This document shows positions 1 to 10,000 of a DNA stretch of 29,715 bases, piece by piece. The translations under genes and the position numbers were made by a program. A model generated the notes under the pieces. That model searched no databases. It saw only the letters and a list, made by a program, of their open reading frames with translations, and was not told the DNA's origin. The stretch lies in IMG/VR virus record IMGVR_UViG_3300027976_000143, positions 1 through 29,715 of that record. One strand, given 5' to 3'. Within the stretch, counting starts at the first letter, position 1, and every line of letters starts with the position of its first letter. The DNA comes from a virus (Duplodnaviria; Caudoviricetes).

Positions 1-437
1 ACACTACGAAGAAAATGCTCCCGTTGATTTTTTGGGTAATTAGCAAAGGGGTACGGTGATTCAGGAGCAGGTTTTTCTAAGACTTCTGATTCTGATTCTG
101 ATTCTGATTCTGATTCTGATTCTGATTTTGGTCCGATCCAGGTTGTAGGTAGATTTCTACCACACTTATGACAGTTCTCTGGAGCTACAACACCCATTGT
201 GTTGTCTGTCCTGTCAGCGAGTCCAATTCTCGCCCAACAATACGGACACGGCGTATCACTTGCCGAATCGTAACCTTTAACGGCGAATGTGAAGTTTTTC
301 TTGAATACGAAGTCAAGAGCGTTAAGATCAGCCCAAATTCCACGAAATTGCCGTCCACAAGTACAAGTGAATATCTTGTAGCGACTTGCATCGCCGATAT
401 TCACGTTTTTTTTGCAGGATGGACATTTGAGTTTCAT
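1..437 (-). CDS. Double zinc-ribbon protein, 3' end beyond the left window edge (at least 145 aa)
   Basis: Own translation: ATG at 437 with GGAGG RBS at 446-450 (- strand), open to the window edge. MKLKCPSCKKNVNIGDASRYKIFTCTCGRQF...TPCPYCWARIG...ENCHKCGRNLPTTWIGPK(SE)7VLEKPAPESPYPF. The Cys pairs CPSC/CTC and CPYC/CHKC fit two zinc ribbons. Confidence 0.8.
   Translation of the reverse strand, partial: MKLKCPSCKKNVNIGDASRYKIFTCTCGRQFRGIWADLNALDFVFKKNFTFAVKGYDSASDTPCPYCWARIGLADRTDNTMGVVAPENCHKCGRNLPTTWIGPKSESESESESESESEVLEKPAPESPYPFANYPKNQREHFLRS
84..125. repeat. Perfect hexanucleotide microsatellite (TTCTGA)x7, encoding (SE)7 on the - strand
   Basis: Seen directly; in frame within the zinc-ribbon CDS. 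Confidence 0.95.
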
Positions 438-457
438 GGTTTTAACCTCCGCTTGAG

Positions 458-486
458 ATTGTACCACGGAAATACCCGGTTGTAAA
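458..486 (-). promoter_or_regulatory. Sigma70-type (early) promoter for the zinc-ribbon gene
   Basis: On the - strand: TTTACA (486-481), 17-nt spacer, TACAAT (463-458) preceded by TGG (extended -10); about 20 nt upstream of the ATG at 437. Confidence 0.7.
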
Positions 487-488
487 GC

Positions 489-495
489 CTAAATA
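489..495 (+). promoter_or_regulatory. Putative T4-like late promoter (CTAAATA)
   Basis: Resembles the T4 gp55-dependent TATAAATA; the same heptamer recurs intergenically at 1031 and 27787. Confidence 0.5.
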
Positions 496-500
496 TCCGC

Positions 501-998
501 ATGGCAATACCTTTTCAAGATGCAGTGCTTCCGAACGGGCTTTCAGCACCTTCTACGGTCAATCCTACGGTTGGGCGAGGCAGTCTCGTGACTTTCAGTT
601 ACCTGTTTCACAAACCGGGACATGATGCGGCTCCATTGGTTTTGATAACAGACGTTTGGGGTCAATACATCCGAGGCATTAACATGCACTATTTGACTTT
701 CCCGACTATTAAGAAGTTGTTGTTTCCTGGACCCGGACAGTCGATTTGTGACAGCCCACAATTCACCTATCAATATATCAAGGGAAACGACTACATAGTT
801 TCAGCATTCCGACAATACAAAAGGAACGGCATTGAGTCTTTGAAGAAGCTCAACTGCGAGTTCATTGTGAACGCTCTTGCAATATCTCGGTCATTCGACC
901 CCAACGAGATAGAAGCTATACGCAAATCTGTGCGAGAGCAAATTCGACGCATGGCCAATCCGCAAGCCGCTCCCACAGGCGAATTGCCGATGGGTTAA
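501..998 (+). CDS. DNA end protector protein, T4 gp2-like
   Basis: GSLVTFSY...HDAAPLVLI...IRGINMHYL...IKKLL resembles the gp2-family core (D-x-x-PLV...G-x-N-x-HYL); located in a virion gene cluster. Confidence 0.6.
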   Translation: MAIPFQDAVLPNGLSAPSTVNPTVGRGSLVTFSYLFHKPGHDAAPLVLITDVWGQYIRGINMHYLTFPTIKKLLFPGPGQSICDSPQFTYQYIKGNDYIVSAFRQYKRNGIESLKKLNCEFIVNALAISRSFDPNEIEAIRKSVREQIRRMANPQAAPTGELPMG

Positions 999-1030
999 AA
1001 CAACCGAATTTATAAGTTTCCCCCTACTAA

Positions 1031-1037
1031 CTAAATA
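1031..1037 (+). promoter_or_regulatory. Putative T4-like late promoter (CTAAATA) upstream of the tape measure gene
   Basis: Intergenic CTAAATA about 55 nt before the ATG at 1091. Confidence 0.55.
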
Positions 1038-1090
1038 ACTTGAACGATCAACTTCTCTATTAGGGAAGCAGAATAGCAATGTAGGTATAA

Positions 1091-4000
1091 ATGGCCACAG
1101 CAATAGACAATCTCGGACGAAAAATAGACTCCAGCAATATGTCACTTGGCGAGATCAAAGCCCTTATTGGGACGATGATGAAATCCAAGGTAGGAGCGCC
1201 ACGTCCTATTGATGCCAAAAAAGAAGGAAATGGTGATCAGTCTGAAGGTCTAGGAAAAGTTCGAGAGCTTCTTGAGCAATACACCAAGGACTTTGCTAGA
1301 GAAATGCAGGAGCAAAAAGGCTTCTTGTCTGATGTTGTTGATAACCTTAGAGAGCTTGTTCAGAAAAGAATTGAAAAAAAGGCTGAATCTAAGGGTCAAC
1401 CAAAAAAGGAAAAGAAGGACAAGAAGGACAAGCCATTCATCAGCAAAGAAGAAAAGCTGATGTCTAAGAGCAGTGATGGTCTTTACAAGACCTTCTCCAA
1501 AAAGGGTTCTGGCTACACACATGACATTTATGTTGAAAAAGCCATCCGTGAATTATGCAGTTGTCTAAAAGGAATTAGTCCTCCTTCTACACCAACTCCT
1601 GCTCCAGATGATGGAGAGTCGGCTGGCGGCAAGACAGGTGGTTCTAGTAACGGGGCAGGTGGACGGTCAAATTCTGGGGCTGATCCAACCAGAATGATTG
1701 ATGGATTGGCAGTCTCAAAAGACTTGACCATCATGAGCAATTTCATGTCTGAAATTAGCAATGAAATGTACGCAATAGAAAAACATCTGTTAGGATTTAA
1801 TGTTCTAGGTGAAATCTTTAATGGAGTTATTGACAAAGAACGAAAGATCGTTCAAGAAATGCGATCCATTAGCTATGAAATAGCCGGTGCGACAAAAGAA
1901 TCAATGGGATTGATGAGGTCTTTTGAGGACATTGGATCAACAACCAAACAAACTGGTGTTGACCGTGATGTGTTTCAAAAGTCATACGTCAAGGCACTAA
2001 AGCATGGAATCAAAGACCTAAAGGTTGCTTCTAATCTTGTCAAAACTCAGTTGAATACCGAGAAACAATTGGGAATGGAAGCAGGAAGTCTCGGTGAGGA
2101 ATTTGTAAGTTGGAACAAAGCAGGTCGCATGTCGATAGGGCAACTTGCCGATATGGGCCGAGGCATGAGAGAAATTGCTCGTAATACTGGCATGACCGGC
2201 GATGAACTAGCTGGTGTCATTAAGGGCAGTAAAGAATTCATTGACACCTTGAGGAACGCAGCCACTTTAACCGCAACAGCAGCTAAAAACGTAATTGAAA
2301 TTGGTGCCAATGCCAAAAAGTTAGGCATTGAAAGTCAAATGCAGCCTTTGATGAAGGCGATGACGAGTTCTTCTAACTTGTTTCTTGAGGCAACAGACGC
2401 AAACCGGGCCTTATTGTTAATGGCAGCATCAAGTGTTGGCAGAATGTCCGAATTGACTACTGGCACGATTACTAAAACCAAAGCTGGCATACAAGCTATG
2501 GGCAAAGGTTTTGAAAACGTATTAAAGCGATTTGGAGTAGAAAGTTTTGAGGCAATTGACCAGTTAAGTGAACCTATCAAGGCTCAAATCAACGTGGCCA
2601 TGAAGTCAACAATTGGAATGGAGCTTGGAGAACTTCGAGCTGCTAAAGAGACTTTGGACGAAGCTGGCAAAGGCATGGCAGACCGTCTTTCTGACATCAA
2701 CAAGAAGCGTCAACAAAATTTAACACTTGAAGAAAGAGCTTCGCTCATGGAAGAGGAGCGAAGAATGAAGACGAGCAAGAACTTGGAAGTATTGACCGCC
2801 TTGGATGAAGCTGCCAAGGGCGCAAAAGACATGAATCAAGCACTTGCTACTTTCGGCAAACGTCGTGGCGATTTTGAATCAGATTTGAATGCACTGGGTC
2901 AATCCTGGACAAGCGAAGCTGATGTAGCAAGAGGAGCAATCCAAAATGCTATGAACAGTGTAAACGACGGACTGAAAGAGGCTGGCAAACAAGAACTAAC
3001 AATTGATTCTTCAGCAATTGAGCGGGCGTTGAAAGACCCAGCGGCAATGCGTGAGTTGACTTCGCAAATCAGTAAAGGTGAACAAGAGCTTGCCACTGCT
3101 CAAAAGTCACAACTTGACCCACTGACTGATATGCAGCACTCTTTGAGCGAAATCAACGACAACATTAGAAACTATACAAACAAGAGTTTCTCAATGTTCT
3201 TCAATAGCTTGATTGGTAAAATCTTAGTGATTGGAGCCGCCATTACAGCAGCAATTACTGGCATTGGTTTATTGGCGATGGGAATAATTGTAAAATTAGA
3301 TAGCTTCAAGCGTGTTTTGTCCACAATAGATAAACGTCAAGGACTTTTCAAAGTCCTCAAAGGCACTTTCGGTCAAGAAAAAGTAGAGGACAAACATGGA
3401 AATAGACCCGGCGAAGAAGGGTATGTGGAAACTTTTGAAAAGAGTCTATATGGACTAATTAAGGGAACTTTAGGATTTGGACATCCAAAGAAAGACGGAC
3501 CTGAAGCCGGTCTTCCTAAAGGTGACGAGCCTCTTGTAAGGGCTAAGACTAAAGACCCAATAGCTGAAGCTCTTAATTCTATCAAAATAGATGACGAAGA
3601 CATTTTTCCAAAAATGTATGACGAGCTTAAAGCGATTCGCAAGTGCGTCTGTATGGATAAGTCAAAACTTATTTCTGACAAATCGGCAGTCGAAGCAAAA
3701 GCCGCATCATCTCCAGATAAGTCAAAGTGGGCAGCAGACAAAGCAGCAGGACAAGCCAAGGCAGCGTCTATGTCGCCGACAGAGAAGACGCAGGCACGAA
3801 TTGACAGAAAGTTACAAGATAAAGATGCTTTGATGCAGAAGAAAGATGTCAAAATGCAAAAGAATGACATCAAGTCTCAGAAGGTTGGCGATAAAGTCCA
3901 AGATGCACAACAATCGTTAGTTGTCCGTCAAACGAAGATGGCTTCGGCAGAGTCAGGATCAATTCCTACCACTCCGAAAACAGAAGGATTCGATCTTGCT

Positions 4001-7000
4001 GGAATGTTGGCTAGTGGCAAAGAAATGGCTAAGGCCGCAGTCGCAGTCGCAATATTAGGTTTAGGCATTATTGCCCTTGGTGCTGCGATTGTATTCTTGT
4101 CTAGTAAGATCATGAGTGCTTTCAAACTTGATATTAAAACTGTGCTTGAGACAGCCGCAGTAGTAGGTGCCGTCGCTCTGGCTGGTGGTGCCATTGCCGC
4201 CGCTGGATTTGTTGCTCTTGAAGCTCTAAGTTCTGATAAGATGAAGAGTTTCACGGAAAAAGCTAAGACATCTTATCCTAAAGTTCTCACAGCCGCAGCA
4301 GCTTTAATGCTGATTGGCCCTGCTATTGTTCTGCTTGGTGCGGCAGTTGTAGCAATGACTGGACTCATTCTATCGAAGTTGGGATTAAACATCGGTTCGG
4401 TAGCTGAAACAGCCGCAGTAATTGTAGCAGTAGCCGGTGTCACCGGAGCTATGGCAGCAGGTGCAAAAGAATTTGTTGAATGTTTAGAAGGACTCCAAGA
4501 GGGCAGCACTTGGAAAAAAATCATTGATAATCCAGGTGCTATTGCAAAAGAAATAGGCAAGGCTGCTGCTGCATTATTGTTGGTTGGCGGCGTCATCATG
4601 TTGTTGGGCGTGGCTCTGGTCAAGATGGGTCAGGTCGTCATGAGCGTAGCCGGACTGGACCCATCTACGGCAGTTAAGGTTGCAACGCAAGTTGCAGGAC
4701 TAATTGTTGCTGCTGGTGCCATCGCCGGTGCAATCATTGGGGCTTCTTTCGGACTAAAGGCTTTGGGTGAATTCGCCAAGAAGTCAACAGGTCTTGTTAA
4801 AGACATGGCGGTTGGTGCTGTAGCACTTTTGATTATGACCCCAGCCATAGTCCTTTTGGCTTCTGCTGTTATTTGGGCTTCTACGTCGATCATGGGTGCA
4901 TTCGGAATGGACTCTGGAGTCGCTGCTAAAGCAGCCATGAATATTGGTGAATTGATATTAGCCACAGGATTCATTGCTCTTGCAATTATGGGAGCATCAG
5001 CAGGATTAGCTCTCCTGGGAGCATTTGCTTTAAGTTTCAGTGGACCGCAAGCTCTAGCACTCGCTGGACTAATGGCAGCAGGTGCCGGGGCATTGTTGCT
5101 TTTGACGCCAGCGATTACGGCATTGGCTGCTGGCGTAGTATACATGGCTCAAAAGGTTATGGGTTCCTTTGGATTAGATTTAGGAACCGCAGCTAAAGTA
5201 GCTAAAGACTTAGCAGGCGTACTTATGGCTGCTGGATTTATTGCTCTTGCAGTTATGGGAACAGGCTGGGCATTAGGGCAACTTGGTGCCTTGGTTGCGA
5301 GCGGCTTGATTTGGCCTACCGTACTCATGGCCGGGTTGGGAGCAATAGGATTGATGGCTTTGACGCCAGCGATTACAGCATTGGCAGCAAGTGTTGTCTA
5401 CATGGCGAAGTCTGTGATGAAAAACATCATCGATCCAGCAGAAGCCGGTAAAGTAGCCGAAGCATTGGGAGACGTAATTGGTGCCGCTGCTGCGATTTCT
5501 ATCTCAGTTCTAGGCATGGGCGCTGCATTGGCGGCGTTGGGATTAGCCATGACAACAGGTGTGTTCTTGGTAATGGCACCCCTAGCACTGTTGGGTGCTG
5601 CCGGTCTGTTGGTTTTAACACCAGCAGTAGTTGCTTTGAATGCTGCAATTATCAGCATGTCCCAAAGTATCACAGGAGTTAGCCCGGCTCATGGAAAAGA
5701 AATAGCCGAGGCATTATCTTCAATTTTGAGTTCCGCAGGCAATATTGCCAATGAAGTTCTTGGTGCGGTTGGCAGCTTGAGCAAGTTGGGAGCATTGAGT
5801 TTATTTGCTGGAATAATTTCCAAGTTAATGTGGATGGGAGTTGGTGCGCTTGACACTCTTGCGGGACCAGTAAAGGGTTATATTGGTGCAGTTGTTGATA
5901 TTGCCCAATCAATGAAGTCATCGCTTAATCCTAAGCAGGCTGTAGAAATGGCAAAAGGCGTTGCTGAAATTCTAGCTTCATGTGGTGCGGTCACAGAAGA
6001 AATAATGAAAGCCAAAGACAAGTTGTTGTCTATGCCAGCAGCAACCAAATGGTTCCAGTTCATGAGGACCACATTACAAAAAGATTTATTTGCTGGTCAG
6101 AGTTTCCTCAGATATATCAGTTTGCCAATTCAGGCATATGTCAATGCCATTGTTGAGTTTTCCAGAGCAATAGGTGGATCGCTTAATCCTAAGCAAGCCG
6201 CAGAAATGGGTAAAGGTGTTGCTGAAATTCTAGCTGCATGTGGTGCGGTCACAGAAGAAATGATGAAAGCTAAAGACAAACTGTTGTCTATGCCAGCAGC
6301 AACCAAATGGTTCCAGTTCATGAGGACCACATTACAAAAAGATTTATTTGCTGGTCAGAGTTTCCTCAGATATATCAGTTTGCCAATTCAGGCATATGTC
6401 AATGCCATTGTTGAGTTTTCCAGAGCAATAGGTGGATCGCTTAATCCTAAGCAAGCCGCAGAAATGGGTAAAGGTGTTGCTGAAATTCTAGCTGCATGTG
6501 GTGCGGTCACAGAAGAAATGATGAAAGCTAAAGACAAACTGTTGTCAATGCCAGCAGCAACCAAATGGTTCCAGTTCATGAGGACCACATTACAAAAAGA
6601 TTTATTTGCTGGTCAGAGTTTCCTCAGATACATCAGTTTGCCAATTCAAGCATACGTTAATGCTATTGTTGAGTTTTCCAGAGCAATAGGTGAATCACTT
6701 AATCCTAAGCAAGCCGCAGAAATGGGTAAAGGTGTTGCTGAAATTCTAGCTGCATGTGGTGCGGTCACAGAAGAAATGATGAAAGCTAAAGACAAACTGT
6801 TGTCAATGCCAGCAGCAACCAAATGGTTCCAGTTCATGAGGACCACATTACAAAAAGATTTATTTGCTGGTCAGAGTTTCCTCAGATACATCAGTTTGCC
6901 AATTCAAGCATACGTTAATGCCATTGTTGAGTTTTCCAGAGCAATAGGTGGATCACTCAATCCTAAACAAGCCGCAGAAATGGGTAAAGGTGTTGCTGAA

Positions 7001-10000
7001 ATTCTAGCTGCATGTGGTGCGGTCACAGAAGAAATGATGAAAGCTAAAGACAAACTGTTGTCAATGAAGGGCAGTGTAGGTTTTTGGAAATCAGTACCAA
7101 TAGAAGATGCTATGAGTGTTGGTGTTGAAGCATTAAAGAAGATGAAGCAGCCAATCATGGATTATGTGGGAACCATTGTTGGTTTCGCACAAGATATTGG
7201 TGGCAAAGTAAATGTTGGTTCTGCTAAGTCGATGGTCAAGAGCCTGACAGCCGTTTCAACCATTGTCGAACTCGTCTCCAATGTTCTAAACACCTTATCC
7301 GAGAAGATTGTGCCTTTGACTCAGGGTGGTTGGTTTACCGGCTCTCCGATTAAGCAGATGACAAAAGCCAAGGGCCAAATGGAAGTGTTCTTCCCGGCTA
7401 TGGTTGATCTTATTAGAACAATCATCGACAAAGTTAGTGGAAGCCTGGGCGACACCAAAGAACTAAAGAGTGCAGCCAAGGGATTGCAAGCAATGGCTAT
7501 GATTTTGAATGCTGCTTTACCGTCCATCACGATCATGGGTGAAAAGATTGCCCCGTTAACTCAGGGTGGATTCTTCACTGATTCTCCTATAGACAAAATA
7601 AAATCAGCAATTCCTCAATTTGATGGATTCTTCAATGCTGTCGGTGAATTTGTAAACAAAATTGTCGTTGCGATGGCAACGATCAAAGACACTACTGGTT
7701 TGAGTGATGCAGCCAAAAAAATGACTATGCTGGCCACTGTTTTGGAATCGACCAGTAAAGCTATCGGCTCTCTTGCCAGCATGGTTGGATTGATGGATGA
7801 CGGATTATTTACGAAGTCGCCAATCACCAAGATCATAGAAAACAAAACCAAGTTCGCTGATTACTTTACACAAATTGCTGAGTTCGTGAACATAGGAATT
7901 GTGGAACCAATCAACAATAAATTTCCCGATGGCAAGAGTCTCCAAACTGCTTCGGTGATCGTGTTAGATTTAGCAAGGTTGTTGTGTGGCACAAAGGTGA
8001 CACTGGAAAGTCTAGCCTCGGTTATTGGATTGATGGAGCCAAAAACCTTCTTCGACAAAGCGCCGCTCCAGAAGATCATAGACAACAAAGATCAATTCAA
8101 ATCTTGGTTTATTGCTATTGCTGAATTCGTAAAAGAAGGAATTGTAATTCCAGTCAATGATAAATTCAAAGACCCTAAGCAAATCCTAACTGCTGCCAAT
8201 ACTATCAGCAATATGGCTGTAGTTGCAAAGAATATTGTGCCAATGATTAAAAATTTGGCTGAAGCGATTTCATTGGGAACGGATTCTTCCAGCTTCTTCG
8301 ACGTGGCCCCAATTCCAAAGATCATAGAAAACAAAGGTCAATTCAAGATATGGTTCCAGTCCATTGCTGAGTTCATGAGAGATGGAATTGTGAATCCAGT
8401 CAACAAGGAAATGAAAGGCATAGACATTGGCAGTGCATCTCAAACGATAACGGCGATGGCAAAAATTGCTGGCAGCATTGTTCCAATGATTACCAATTTG
8501 TCTGGTGCTATGGGTCTTGTGAGTGACCCGGCTGAAAAATTCTGGGACAGAGATTTTCCAATTGATAAAATCATGGTCTACAAGAACGATTTCGCAAAGT
8601 GGTTCAAGAGCATCGCCATCTTTATGCGAGACGGCATTATCATTCCTATTTTGACTGTATTACCAGAACCTCAAACCATTCAGATGGCGGCACAAATTTT
8701 ATCTGCTATGAGTCAAGTTATAACTTTGGTTCCTGCTGTTATCAACAAAATGGCAAATGGTTTAATTCCTTTGATTGATTCTGGCGTGTCGATAGATGAA
8801 ACAGCTAAACAAAAACTAGAAGGAAAAACAGATACATTTAGAAATTGGTTTACCAGTGTAGCACAATTCATGGTTGATGGAATCATTCTTCCTATTTTGA
8901 CTGTATTACCAGAACCTCAAACCATTCAGATGGCAGCCCAAATTTTGTCTGCTATGAGTCGTGTTATAACTATGTTGCCAACCATAATTTCTAACTTATC
9001 GGCTATGTTTATTCCTTTGGACGCTGGCAAGTGTTTGAAGGATTCGCCGATTAGTGCGTTGGCGGCTAATGCAGATATATTTGCAGCTTGGTTCAATTCT
9101 ATCACGCTATTCGTGCGAGACGGAATTTTGAGGCCAATCATGACTAATCTGCCGACTGCCGATGAAATCACAGCAGGCATGTCACAGTTGGGCAATATGT
9201 CAAAGGGCATAGCAGCAGCCGAACAGATGGTCACTTATGTTTCAGAAAGAATGAATCAGCTTTCAATCAATCCATTCTGGACTATGGTTGCAAGCTGGAA
9301 GGCTTCAATATTCAGCAACGCTTTCACAGAATTGGCAAACACCATAAACAATGGCATTTTCCAGCCTATGAAGTTGTTGCCGACAAGCGACGAGATGATT
9401 GAAGCTATATCTCAAATGAAATTTATGGCCAAGACTTTTGACATTGCAAATAAAGTTTTCACATATGTCTCAGGGAGAATGAGTGAATTTTCAATAAATC
9501 CATTCTGGACGATAATGGCAAGTTGGAAAGCATCTATGTTTGGATATGCCTTTATGGGCGTGGCAAATGCAATCAACAATGGTATTCTGCAACCAATGAA
9601 GTTGTTGCCACCATCTTCTGAGATTGACGAAGTTGTAAATCAGCTTGATGGAATGGTCATGGCACTCAACAAGGTTGAAGAAGTCTTGGGGGCTATGGAT
9701 ATTGCCATGAAGTCAATTTCCAATTCTGGAATAGACTTCTCTGCATTGGATAAGATTCCGGTTCAGAAGATGGCAATGTTCGCCACTGCCTTGAAAGACA
9801 TGACTGCCGCAACAAGCATGGGCAGTGGTGGAAGTGCTGGCACAGGCGGTGGAGCAGGAACTCCAAGCGAAAAAGCAATTGAAACACAATTGCTAAGAGA
9901 TCAATCTATTACTCAACAAAGCATGTCAACTGCTTTGACTCAAATGGTCAATGAAGCGATGACTGGTGATGGTTTGTTCGTTCGAGACAGATTGAATTTC

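Noticed and set aside
168-485. 105-aa + strand ORF and 68-aa - strand ORF (185-391)
   Set aside because: Both overlap the better supported - strand zinc-ribbon gene (RBS, promoter, Cys motifs).
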